Assembly: GCA_049115575.1 (NCBI GenBank)
Contig: JAGDZU010000004.1
Span: 423,307 to 487,306 of the forward strand
Source: Bacteroidia bacterium
Lineage (GTDB): Bacteria; Bacteroidota; Bacteroidia; NS11-12g; UBA9320
Direction: 5' to 3'
Length of the DNA stretch: 64,000 bases
This document shows, in pieces, positions 32,661 through 41,737 of this stretch (its first letter is position 1; each line of letters starts with the position of its first letter). Under the pieces are notes generated by a model that ran no database searches, had not been told where the DNA came from, and saw only the letters and a program-made list of their open reading frames with translations. The translations under genes were made by a program, and so were the position numbers.

Positions 32661-32960
32661 TCAATCCTTCTTTTTATAGCTTACCCTATCCCTAATAGAA
32701 CCATCTTTTCTGTGGATCACAACGCTAGAACCATAGTTTTTGGAAATTCTTTTTGCCCTTCTAATGGCATCATCTTGGTATTCATAGGTGCCGCTATATC
32801 TTTCATTGCCTTCACCTTTTACAGCCCAACCTTCTTCATGAGGAACTACATGTTGATTATGTGTTTTTGGGCCGACTTTGAACCCTTGTTTTTTAAGTAC
32901 TTGTTTAATAATTTTCTTTAAGAGATCAACCCAAAATTTTCCTTCTGTAATTTTAGCCAT
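32661..32960 (-). CDS. DUF2188 domain-containing protein
   Basis: Start moved to MAKITEGK. The pattern VVPHEEGWAVKGEGNERYSGTYEYQDDAIRRAKRISKNYGSSVVIHRKDGSI fits DUF2188. Confidence 0.6.
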   Translation of the reverse strand: MAKITEGKFWVDLLKKIIKQVLKKQGFKVGPKTHNQHVVPHEEGWAVKGEGNERYSGTYEYQDDAIRRAKRISKNYGSSVVIHRKDGSIRDRVSYKKKD

Positions 32961-33013
32961 GAGGTGGCAATATAATAAAATCAACAGTCGTTAAATTTGG
33001 GACAATCTGACTA

Positions 33014-33310
33014 ATGAACAAACTAAGCTTAACAAAACAAAACACCGAAGTGTGGCTATTGGCTGCTGCAACTTTGGTGATTACACTCTTTCTATTTTTT
33101 ATTGATGAAGGCTATTACAATTTCCATTGGATGCGCAGTGTGGGGAATTGGATTGCTTTTCTTATTTATTTCACATTAATCTTTTTCTTTCAACTGCTTA
33201 TTTCACAAGTAGTTTTAAGAAACTTCCATGGAAAAGGTAAAGCCGTCATAAGCATTGTGTTAGGAACTACCATTGCTTTGCTGCTTGCCATTGGAGTAAT
33301 CTTTAGCTAA
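33014..33310 (+). CDS. hypothetical small membrane protein
   Basis: 98 aa with three hydrophobic segments. Confidence 0.5.
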   Translation: MNKLSLTKQNTEVWLLAAATLVITLFLFFIDEGYYNFHWMRSVGNWIAFLIYFTLIFFFQLLISQVVLRNFHGKGKAVISIVLGTTIALLLAIGVIFS

Positions 33311-33315
33311 GGCTT

Positions 33316-33831
33316 TTGTATCTTAGCAATGTGAAAGAAGAATTCATCACTCAATGCATAATTAGGCTAAATGAAAACACCCCAAGGGTTGCAAAATGCC
33401 TAAATATGTTATCAGAAGAAGAGGTCTGGCAGAAGCCAAATAGTGCAACAAACAGTATAGCTAATCTCATTCTGCATTTATGTGGAAATATCAGACAATA
33501 TATTCATTGTGGCTTAGGTGCTGAGGCCGATGATAGACAACGCGATTTGGAATTCAGTACCGCAGGAGGATATAGCAAAGAGGAACTTTTAAGTATGCTT
33601 ACTCAAACTGTTAGAAAAGCAGAACAGACTATACTAGAATGTGATGATTTGGAATTGAATAAAGTTCATATGGTGCAAGGCTTTCATTTAAGTGGCATCG
33701 CCATGATTATTCATGTTGTTGAACACTTCTCTTATCATACAGGTCAAATCGCTTTGCTTACAAAAATGTTAAAGAATGAGGATCTTGGTTTTTATGCTGG
33801 ACAAAACCTAAATGCACACAATGAAAGCTGA
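33316..33831 (+). CDS. DinB-family (DUF1572-like) protein
   Basis: 171 aa. The spacing of LILHLCGNIRQY and VVEHFSYHTGQI is typical of the DinB four-helix-bundle His triad. The start is non-ATG (TTG 33316 or GTG 33331). Confidence 0.65.
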   Translation: MYLSNVKEEFITQCIIRLNENTPRVAKCLNMLSEEEVWQKPNSATNSIANLILHLCGNIRQYIHCGLGAEADDRQRDLEFSTAGGYSKEELLSMLTQTVRKAEQTILECDDLELNKVHMVQGFHLSGIAMIIHVVEHFSYHTGQIALLTKMLKNEDLGFYAGQNLNAHNES

Positions 33832-34135
33832 TCAATTTGCTGTTATCTATCAATTCAATATTCTTGAAGACGATTTGGAAGAATTCATCTCATCATGGGA
33901 GAATCTCACTGAATTGATATATAAGCATGAAGGAAGTTTGGGATCCAGACTTCACAAAAAATCTAATACGGAATATTTGGCATATGCCCGTTGGCCAAGC
34001 AGACAACATTGGGAACAATCAGGAAGCAATTTACCTCCTGAAGCCAAGAAGTATAGCAAGCAAATGCATGAGGCATGCACCAAAATAGAAACCTTATATG
34101 AATTGGATTTAGTCAGTGACCTTTTGAAGGACTGA
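33812..34135 (+). CDS. antibiotic biosynthesis monooxygenase (ABM)-like protein
   Basis: About 105 aa. The ferredoxin-like pattern FAVIYQFNI...GSLGSRLHK...YLAYARWPS supports the call. The start may be ATG 33821. Confidence 0.5.
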   Translation: MHTMKADQFAVIYQFNILEDDLEEFISSWENLTELIYKHEGSLGSRLHKKSNTEYLAYARWPSRQHWEQSGSNLPPEAKKYSKQMHEACTKIETLYELDLVSDLLKD

Positions 34136-34151
34136 GCGATTATCTTTGCAT

Positions 34152-35024
34152 ATGCTTAAAAGCTGGATATCCGCCTTAAGACTTAAAACATTGCCACTTG
34201 CTCTTGGCGCAATCATTTTGGGTAGCAGGCTTCCAAAACTATCTTTTGACGTAGAAATTTTTGCTTGGGCCTGCCTTTCAGCAGTTCTGCTACAGATACT
34301 ATCTAATCTAGCCAATGACTATGGAGACTTTAAAAAAGGAACGGATAGTCATCGTGCAGATCGGCAATTAGCAGGGGGGAAAATCAGCGCTAAATCTATG
34401 CTGATAGCTATTGTGATTACAGCAACTCTATCTCTGATTAGTGGTTTGATTTTACTTTATACTGCATTTGGAACGGAGTGGAAGTATTGGATAGTTTTTC
34501 TTATTCTTGGTTTGGGAAGCATAGCTGCAGCTATTACCTATACAATAGGAAATAGAGCCTATGGTTACTATGGTTTAGGAGATTTATTTGTATTCATCTT
34601 TTTTGGAATGGTTGGCGTAGTTGGAACAGCTTATCTATACCAACAAACCCTTATTGCAGAATACTTTTTACCAGCCATTTCTTATGGTGCTTTGAGCGTT
34701 GGCGTATTGAACATCAATAACATTAGAGACTTAGATAAAGATGTATTGAATAATAAGATTACTCTGGCTGCTCAAATGGGAAGAGAAGGAGCGCTAAATT
34801 ACCAGGCATTCCTCATGATTACTGCTTTTCTTTCTATGGGTGCCCACCATTTGATCAGTGGATATTTAAGTTTAGCTCCTGTTGGTATAGCGGCCCTTGG
34901 GTATTTACATCTCATCCAGCTTCGCAAAGCACAATCTGCTGAAGAATACAATGCACTACTGAAATTCTTGTCTTTAGGAAGTTTAGGTGTGGTGTTATTA
35001 TTCACTCTTAGGCTTTATTTCTGA
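34152..35024 (+). CDS. menA: 1,4-dihydroxy-2-naphthoate polyprenyltransferase
   Basis: ATG 34152 (the track ORF starts at TTG 34146). UbiA-family motifs NLANDYGDFKKGTD and NNIRDLDKD; multi-pass. Confidence 0.85.
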   Translation: MLKSWISALRLKTLPLALGAIILGSRLPKLSFDVEIFAWACLSAVLLQILSNLANDYGDFKKGTDSHRADRQLAGGKISAKSMLIAIVITATLSLISGLILLYTAFGTEWKYWIVFLILGLGSIAAAITYTIGNRAYGYYGLGDLFVFIFFGMVGVVGTAYLYQQTLIAEYFLPAISYGALSVGVLNINNIRDLDKDVLNNKITLAAQMGREGALNYQAFLMITAFLSMGAHHLISGYLSLAPVGIAALGYLHLIQLRKAQSAEEYNALLKFLSLGSLGVVLLFTLRLYF

Positions 35025-36040
35025 TGTTAGAATACCAGATTTCGGAACATCGACTGGACTTTAAGAAAGCTGCTAAAACATCTAGAAATAGCTTCGAATC
35101 AAGAACTATATACACACTTGAGTTTAAAGATCTGCTCAGCGGGAAAAAGGGCATTGGTGAAGCGGCTGCACTTTCTCTGTTGAGTATAGATGACATCCCC
35201 AATTACCGAGAAAAACTCGAGTATTTTAGTCTGCAAATAGCCAATGGTATTAATCTCAAAGAGTTGGACTTAACTAAATTTCCGAGCATAGAGTTTGGAC
35301 TAGAGACCGCCCTTTTAGACATGAGAAGTTCAGATCACAGATTGTATGACACCCCATTTACTAATGGTTTGAAATCTATTCCTATCAATGGACTTGTTTG
35401 GATGGATCACAGCGAGGCTATGCTCAAAGAAGCATTGGACAAAGTAAATGAGGGATTTAACTGCATTAAGTTCAAAATTGGTGCACTTGATTTCGATGAA
35501 GAGTGCAGAATGCTGGAACAATTTAGAAGACACCATAATGCATTCAAAGTTGAGATAAGGTTAGACGCCAATGGGGCATTCTTGGCAGACGAAGCGGATA
35601 AGCAACTTAAAGAATTAAAGCGTTTTGATGTTCATTCCATAGAACAACCTATTAAAGTAAATCAGTGGGATAAAATGGGCTCTTTATGCTCTAAACCTGC
35701 CATAGATATTGCCTTGGATGAAGAGTTGATAGGTCTGAATATTAATGATGCTGAAAAGATGCTGCAACACATTCAACCTCAATACATAATACTTAAACCA
35801 AATCTAATAGGTGGTTTAGAAAAAGCAAACCAATGGATTTCTTTAGCTGGGAATGCCGACATTGCTTGGTGGGCTACATCTGCCTTAGAAAGCAATATTG
35901 GTCTAAATGCCATTGCCCAGTGGGTGAGTCAATATGACAGCAGATTGCATCAAGGTTTGGGTACAGGATCGCTGTATAAAAATAACTTTCCGACTAGATT
36001 GACATTAGAAAACGGTTTTATGAGCTATAAACCTTTTTAA
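35024..36040 (+). CDS. menC: o-succinylbenzoate synthase (enolase superfamily)
   Basis: 338 aa with FKIGALDFDEE, IRLDANGAF and ALDEEL metal-ligand blocks. TGATG start/stop overlap with menA. Confidence 0.7.
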   Translation: MLEYQISEHRLDFKKAAKTSRNSFESRTIYTLEFKDLLSGKKGIGEAAALSLLSIDDIPNYREKLEYFSLQIANGINLKELDLTKFPSIEFGLETALLDMRSSDHRLYDTPFTNGLKSIPINGLVWMDHSEAMLKEALDKVNEGFNCIKFKIGALDFDEECRMLEQFRRHHNAFKVEIRLDANGAFLADEADKQLKELKRFDVHSIEQPIKVNQWDKMGSLCSKPAIDIALDEELIGLNINDAEKMLQHIQPQYIILKPNLIGGLEKANQWISLAGNADIAWWATSALESNIGLNAIAQWVSQYDSRLHQGLGTGSLYKNNFPTRLTLENGFMSYKPF

Positions 36041-36257
36041 GAGTAGCTCTAAACTGTTAAGCATCAATTGCGCTATCTCTCGTATTTCAACTAATCCAAC
36101 TACATGGCTATACTTTAATTGGCCGTTGTCAGAACAAACATTATCTTGAATTCCGGGGAGGGGTTGACGTAGTCCCAGCTTTGCGGAAAACGGAATACCA
36201 AGAACCGGGCTTACCCACCGGACGGAACCGGATACCATATTAACAACTTACCATTGG

Positions 36258-36277
36258 TAATTAACCATTAATAACTA
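36258..36277 (+). repeat. 20-nt intergenic motif TAATTAACCATTAATAACTA
   Basis: Matches 3486-3505 (18/20), the reverse complement of 51560-51579 (18/20), and the reverse complement of 51714-51729 (16/16). Confidence 0.7.
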
Positions 36278-36408
36278 GTATGAATTCCTTTTGTCTAGTA
36301 TTTCAGCACCCTTGTACGATTAAATTGTCACTTTAGTATAAATCAAGCTCAAAATCACCCTATTTTTACATTTGGTACTATTTTTTCAGTAAATTTGTAA
36401 CAACTACG

Positions 36409-36720
36409 TTGAGAAAATCGATTTACATATCTATAGTTTTGGTATTTGCGATGCTAGCAGCAATTGCTGGTAACGATATCAAACTTGGTCAGAATTATCC
36501 TAATCCTGCCAAGGAAAAAACCTATGTTGAGGTAACCTTCGATACTCCTACTGCTAGTTTAAAAGTGTATAATGTTTTGGGTAAAATGCTTTTGCAAGAA
36601 ACTCTTGGACATTCTGGAACATACATGATCAATGTCACCGATTATCCAGAAGGTGTTTACATTTATACTTTAGAAGCTGATGGTGAGAAAATCACCAAAA
36701 GAATGACTGTCAAGAAGTAA
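36409..36720 (+). CDS. small secreted protein consisting only of a T9SS type-A sorting domain
   Basis: TTG start and signal peptide, then directly LGQNYPNPAKEKTYVEV...VYNVLGKML...GVYIYTLEADGEKITKRMTVKK. TAnnTTTG boxes lie at 36367 and 36390. Confidence 0.7.
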   Translation: MRKSIYISIVLVFAMLAAIAGNDIKLGQNYPNPAKEKTYVEVTFDTPTASLKVYNVLGKMLLQETLGHSGTYMINVTDYPEGVYIYTLEADGEKITKRMTVKK

Positions 36721-36730
36721 TTCTTACTCA

Positions 36731-38092
36731 TTACATTCCCAGAAGTACATTTCCGATTATGAAGTAGAGAAATAAGCCTAATAGGTCATTTGAGGTAGTT
36801 ATAAACGGACCCGTGGCTAGGGCTGGATCAATTTTGAATCTGTCGAGCAATAGCGGTGTTACTGTACCAACCATAGCAGCAATAAGAATAACCACCATGA
36901 GCGCTACACTTACTGTGAACATGATGTCTTGAGAATTTCCAGATAAAGCCCCATAGGCAAGTAAGAGTAGGGAACAAACTAAGCCGTTCAATAGGGCAAC
37001 CACAATTTCCTTTCCCAACTTAGCTAGCAATCCACTACTTTTAATGGTATTGTTTGCCAAACCCTGAACCATGATAGATGACGATTGCACTCCAACATTA
37101 CCACCCATAGCCATAATCAAGGGCATGAAGAGGGCCAATTGTACATTTTGCTTTAAATCTGCTTCAAAATTCCCAATAACTAAGGAACTGCCTATCCCCC
37201 CTATCAATCCTATAACTAACCAGGGTAATCTCGCTCTAGTTAATAGATAGATTGAATCAGATGATTCAACGCTTTCAGAAATACCTGATAACATTTGATA
37301 ATCCTTTTCGGCTTCATCTTGCATATAATCCAAGACATCATCAAATGTTACACGACCTACTAGCCTGTTAAAGGCATCTACAATAGGCAAGGCCACCAAA
37401 TCGTACTTCTTAAGCGTCGCAGCTACTTCTTCTCCCGATGTATAAGTGATTTCGTGAATGACATTATCTTGGTATATATGGTGTACCAAAGTGTCTTCTG
37501 AAGCCAAAAGGATACGTTTTAAAGATACCCATCCCACCAATTCATCATAATCATTTACAACATATGCGGTAACCACATTAGAAGCGGATTCTGCTTGTAT
37601 TCTTATCTCATCTGTGCATCTCTTCACAGTCCAATTCAATTTGACTTTAATCACCTCCTTAGCCATTAAAGCTCCAGCCGTATTTTCTGGAAACTTTAAG
37701 AGTGAAGCAATATTTCGGCTGTGTTCTTTGTCTTCTATTTTTCGAAGAATTTTTTTACTTAAATCAGTAGGGAGATCATTTAATATATCCGCCGCATCAT
37801 CAGACTCCATATAAGCGAAATACAAATCGGCTAATTCCTCTGCAGAATAGCCTTTAAAAAACTTGTGTTTTACTTCAGGTTCCAGCTCTATAACTACATC
37901 CACTTTCTTTTGCTCATCTAAAAGTGTGGCTACATAAACAGCCTGATCCAAATTGAGTTCGTCATCAAAAATCTCAGCTAAATCCTGAGGATAAAGTTTC
38001 TCCAAGACAGGATGCAATTCAACTGCATTCCGACTGTCTATCAGTTGGATAAACTCCTCGATAAATTCTTTGGTGATCTCAATTGCCGACAT
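36731..38092 (-). CDS. mgtE: magnesium transporter MgtE
   Basis: 453 aa with an MgtE-N domain, CBS pair and a 5-TM C-terminus (GNVGVQSSS). Confidence 0.9.
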   Translation of the reverse strand: MSAIEITKEFIEEFIQLIDSRNAVELHPVLEKLYPQDLAEIFDDELNLDQAVYVATLLDEQKKVDVVIELEPEVKHKFFKGYSAEELADLYFAYMESDDAADILNDLPTDLSKKILRKIEDKEHSRNIASLLKFPENTAGALMAKEVIKVKLNWTVKRCTDEIRIQAESASNVVTAYVVNDYDELVGWVSLKRILLASEDTLVHHIYQDNVIHEITYTSGEEVAATLKKYDLVALPIVDAFNRLVGRVTFDDVLDYMQDEAEKDYQMLSGISESVESSDSIYLLTRARLPWLVIGLIGGIGSSLVIGNFEADLKQNVQLALFMPLIMAMGGNVGVQSSSIMVQGLANNTIKSSGLLAKLGKEIVVALLNGLVCSLLLLAYGALSGNSQDIMFTVSVALMVVILIAAMVGTVTPLLLDRFKIDPALATGPFITTSNDLLGLFLYFIIGNVLLGM

Positions 38093-38840
38093 TCCTTTCT
38101 ATAAATTCACTTAGTTCTTCAAATTGTTGAGGACTAAGATTTTCTGGTCGCAAGTTAGCAAATTGAGATGTATTTAGAACCTCTTTGGGCAGAATACTAC
38201 TCAAGCTGTTTGACAGCACTTTACGCCTTTGATTAAAAGCAGTTTTCACCACTCGTTTGAGCAATTTGGGATCGCATTTGAATTGGTGTTTTACTCTGGT
38301 AGCTTTAAGCACTATACTGTTCACTTTTGGCGGCGGGTTAAATGCACCTGGCGGTAAAGTCATCACTTTTTCTGCTCTATAATAGAAAGGAAGTAAGACG
38401 CTTAATATTCCATATTGCTTATTATGCGGAACAGCAATTAGTCTGTTGCCCATCTCCAGTTGAAACATTCCAACCCATTGGTTTATATACTCCGAATTTT
38501 CTATAATCTTGAATACAATTTGACTTGAAATATTGTATGGAAAATTTCCAATTATGGAGTAGTTAGAATCGAAGCATGATTCCAGCGAGATCTTCAAGAA
38601 ATCACCTCTAATGATTTCTAAGTTTGGCCACTTATTTTGAACATAATTGGCTGCATCCTCATCTATCTCAACTACTTTTAATCTCTTTGCGCCTTCTATC
38701 AAAAACTCAGTGAGCACACCCATTCCTGGCCCTACCTCTAAAACTTTGTTTTCTTCTAATTCATCTAGAGATTCAACAATTTGTTTGGCTGTATCAGCAT
38801 TAGTTAAGAAATGTTGTCCAAAATGCTTTTTTGCTTTCAT
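38079..38840 (-). CDS. rsmA: 16S rRNA (adenine1518/1519-N6)-dimethyltransferase
   Basis: KKHFGQHFL, EVGPGMGVLT and GNFPYNISS. Confidence 0.9.
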   Translation of the reverse strand: MKAKKHFGQHFLTNADTAKQIVESLDELEENKVLEVGPGMGVLTEFLIEGAKRLKVVEIDEDAANYVQNKWPNLEIIRGDFLKISLESCFDSNYSIIGNFPYNISSQIVFKIIENSEYINQWVGMFQLEMGNRLIAVPHNKQYGILSVLLPFYYRAEKVMTLPPGAFNPPPKVNSIVLKATRVKHQFKCDPKLLKRVVKTAFNQRRKVLSNSLSSILPKEVLNTSQFANLRPENLSPQQFEELSEFIERNVGN

Positions 38841-39829
38841 TTATCAATCTGATTTCTGACCCAATAAATGAATTCGTTATCTGAATCAAAGTCCATGTCT
38901 ACATCTAAAACCTCAATTTGATCAGAGCCATCGAAGTTTTCCATTTTAACCATATCCTTACGAGTGCAAACTAATGTGCTACCCCCAGCTTGTTGTATCA
39001 AGTAGTTTAAATCTGATTGAGAATAATCATAGTGGTCTCCATAATCTTTGAATCCCTGGAGATTGTAATTATCGCTTAAATGCCTTTTAAACAATTCGCT
39101 TTCCGCAATCCCACTGAAACCATAAATATCTTTATGCGTGAGTTGTACATAATCCAAATGACTGAAAAAGAGCGGTTTTGATCTGAGGTAACTCCTGAAG
39201 TCTTCGCTACTATATTCTTCTGGGCATTTGGTTACCACAACGGCATCGGCTCGTTTATAACCCCTTCTAAACTCCCTGAGCATACCCATTGGAAACGGAT
39301 GATCTTTGAAGAACGGTTTGTCATAGGTGGTTAGAAGTATAGACAATCTCGCTTTTACCCATCTGTGTTGAAATGCGTCGTCCATTAGAATAACATTAAC
39401 TAAAGGCTGCTCATACAAGATGCGTTCTATGCCTTCCCTCCTGTTTTCACAAACAGCTACCAAAGTGCCTTCAAATCTCTGTTTTAGCATGAGCGGTTCA
39501 TCACCTACTTTTTCAGCTTTATCAAAGGTGTGAACCCAATAAAAGCCTTTGGTCTTTCTTCCGTAACCTCTGCTGAGAACAGCCACATTATAATCCTCTT
39601 TAAGCGCTTGAATTAAATGAGCAATCATAGGAGTTTTTCCGGTTCCTCCAACTCGAATATTACCCACTACAACTGTAGTAACATCATACTTTTTTGATCT
39701 AAAGATTCCTATATCAAAAGCCAAGTTACGCAACCACATCATGCCTCCATAAAGAAGTGAAAATGGCCACAATAAGTATTTAACTGCTTGGTGCACATGC
39801 AAATAAAAGGAAATGAGCAGGAAGTCCAT
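38837..39829 (-). CDS. lpxK: tetraacyldisaccharide 4'-kinase
   Basis: VVGNIRVGGTGKTPM P-loop, SRGYGRK, and DDAFQH. Confidence 0.85.
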   Translation of the reverse strand: MDFLLISFYLHVHQAVKYLLWPFSLLYGGMMWLRNLAFDIGIFRSKKYDVTTVVVGNIRVGGTGKTPMIAHLIQALKEDYNVAVLSRGYGRKTKGFYWVHTFDKAEKVGDEPLMLKQRFEGTLVAVCENRREGIERILYEQPLVNVILMDDAFQHRWVKARLSILLTTYDKPFFKDHPFPMGMLREFRRGYKRADAVVVTKCPEEYSSEDFRSYLRSKPLFFSHLDYVQLTHKDIYGFSGIAESELFKRHLSDNYNLQGFKDYGDHYDYSQSDLNYLIQQAGGSTLVCTRKDMVKMENFDGSDQIEVLDVDMDFDSDNEFIYWVRNQIDK

Positions 39830-39843
39830 TAACTTTGCTCAGC

Positions 39844-40941
39844 ATGCAAATTCAAGACATCTGCAAACATCTAGAAGAAATAGCTCCTCTTGCTTATCAG
39901 GAGGATTATGATAATAGTGGTCTTATTGTAGGTCGCAAAAACAGAGAAGTAACTGGAGTTCTAGTTAGTTTAGATTGTGTTGAATCTACAGTGTTGGAAG
40001 CAATGGAAAAGGATTGCAATCTTATAGTAGCTCATCACCCCATCGTATTTGAAGGCCTAAAAAGATTCAATGGCAGCAATTATGTGCAGAGGACCATTGA
40101 AATGGCTATCAAGTATGACATTGCCATTTATGCTATTCACACCAATCTAGACAATGTTCTAGACCGCGGTGTTAACTCCAGAATTGCAGATAGATTAAAT
40201 CTAAAAGAACGAATCATACTTCAATCCAAAACTGGAGGTTTATTAAAGCTGGCCTCCTATGTTCCCAAAGAAAACACAGAAGCCGTATTGAATGCTCTTT
40301 TTACAGCAGGAGCAGGTAAAATAGGAAATTATAGTGCCTGTTCTTTCAGCACAGATGGCTTTGGTACATTTAAAGGTAACGAGCATAGCAATCCAGTAAA
40401 AGGTAAAAAAGGCGTAAAGCACACCGAAAATGAACAAAAGATTGAAGTCATACTTAAAAAGGAGCTTCAGTATCAAGTTTTGAATGCATTAATCAAATCT
40501 CACCCATATGAAGAAGTAGCATATGAGTTTTATCCTACTCTAAATACGGACCAAGAAGTAGGTTCCGGACTTATTGGAGTTATGAATGACAATCTGAGTG
40601 CTGAACAATTCCTACAGTACCTTAAAAAACATATGGAATGTGACGTAATACGCTTTACACCATATAATGAATCTATCAACAAAGTGGCTGTTTGCGGGGG
40701 TTCTGGGAGCTTTCTACTAGAAGCTGCTAAACAAGCAGGTGCAGATGCATTTGTTACTGCTGATTTCAAATATCACCAGTTCTTTGACGCAGAAAATCAA
40801 CTCATGATTTGCGACTTGGGGCACTATGAAAGTGAAAAATTCACCATAGACCTTTTATATGATATTTTGACCGAAAAATTTGCTACTTTTGCCGTCCTTA
40901 AAACGGAAGGGGATACTAATCCCATCAAGTATTTTCATTAA
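39844..40941 (+). CDS. Nif3-like dinuclear metal center protein
   Basis: ATG 39844. Contains YQEDYDNSGL, VAHHP, and a C-terminal DLGHYESE. Confidence 0.85.
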   Translation: MQIQDICKHLEEIAPLAYQEDYDNSGLIVGRKNREVTGVLVSLDCVESTVLEAMEKDCNLIVAHHPIVFEGLKRFNGSNYVQRTIEMAIKYDIAIYAIHTNLDNVLDRGVNSRIADRLNLKERIILQSKTGGLLKLASYVPKENTEAVLNALFTAGAGKIGNYSACSFSTDGFGTFKGNEHSNPVKGKKGVKHTENEQKIEVILKKELQYQVLNALIKSHPYEEVAYEFYPTLNTDQEVGSGLIGVMNDNLSAEQFLQYLKKHMECDVIRFTPYNESINKVAVCGGSGSFLLEAAKQAGADAFVTADFKYHQFFDAENQLMICDLGHYESEKFTIDLLYDILTEKFATFAVLKTEGDTNPIKYFH

Positions 40942-40942
40942 T

Positions 40943-41737
40943 ATGGCAGTTAAAACTATCGCACAAAGACTGGAGCAGCTTCACAAGCTTCAAACAATAG
41001 ATACCAAACTAGATCAATTAAGAGCAATTCGAGGCGAGTTGCCTATAGAAGTTGAAGACCTCAATGATGAACTAGAAGGATTAAATACTCGTTTGAGTAA
41101 TTTCAATTCTGAGATTGAGCAGTTCAATTCTCAAATTACCGAGAACAAGGAACAAATCAAAACTTCTCAGGAATTGATAAAAAAGTACAACACTCAGTTG
41201 AACAATGTAAAGAACAATAGAGAGTTCGATGCATTAAATAAAGAAATTGAGATACAAGATCTTACTATACAGGCCGCTGAAAAGAAATTAGGTGAGCTTG
41301 ATAATTCTATCACCATGAAGAATGAGTTAATCACAGAACTTCAGGGCAGAATTGATGAAAGAACAGAAGATCTTGAAAACAAGAAGAAAGAGCTAGAGGA
41401 GATTACTACTGAAACAGAGAAGGAAGAAGCTCAAATTCAAAGTGAGCGTGAAAAAGCTCAAAAGACAATTGAAGAAAAGCTCATTAAGGCTTACGACAGA
41501 ATACGTGAGAATTTTAGAAATGGAATTGCTGTTGCTCCTGTACTAAGAGGTGCATGCGGCGGTTGTTTTGCTAAGATTCCACCTCAGCTTCAAAGTGATA
41601 TACGCCAATCTAAAAAAATCGTAATTTGCGAAAACTGTGGTCGTATCAACATCGATGCGCGTATGGCAGGTATTGAAGAAGCGGTTGAAGAAGAAAAGCC
41701 AAAAACTCGTAGAAGAGCTGTTAGAAAGAAAAGCTAA
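40943..41737 (+). CDS. coiled-coil protein with C-terminal C4 zinc ribbon (COG1579-like)
   Basis: Start moved to MAVKTIAQRLEQL. C-terminal CGGCFAKIPPQ...CENCGRI. Confidence 0.75.
   Translation: MAVKTIAQRLEQLHKLQTIDTKLDQLRAIRGELPIEVEDLNDELEGLNTRLSNFNSEIEQFNSQITENKEQIKTSQELIKKYNTQLNNVKNNREFDALNKEIEIQDLTIQAAEKKLGELDNSITMKNELITELQGRIDERTEDLENKKKELEEITTETEKEEAQIQSEREKAQKTIEEKLIKAYDRIRENFRNGIAVAPVLRGACGGCFAKIPPQLQSDIRQSKKIVICENCGRINIDARMAGIEEAVEEEKPKTRRRAVRKKS

Noticed and set aside
36005-36238. 77-aa - strand ORF, and alternatively SRP (4.5S) RNA, for the GC-rich island
   Set aside because: The ORF overlaps the menC 3' end and lacks any signal. The SRP domain IV consensus (GGUCCGGAAGGAAGCAGCC-like) is absent on both strands. 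The c-di-GMP, ZTP, fluoride, ykkC and yybP consensus elements I remember are also absent.
38093-38200. An M-box (Mg2+) riboswitch upstream of mgtE
   Set aside because: rsmA overlaps the mgtE start by 14 nt, so there is no leader region. mgtE is embedded in the lpxK-rsmA-mgtE operon.
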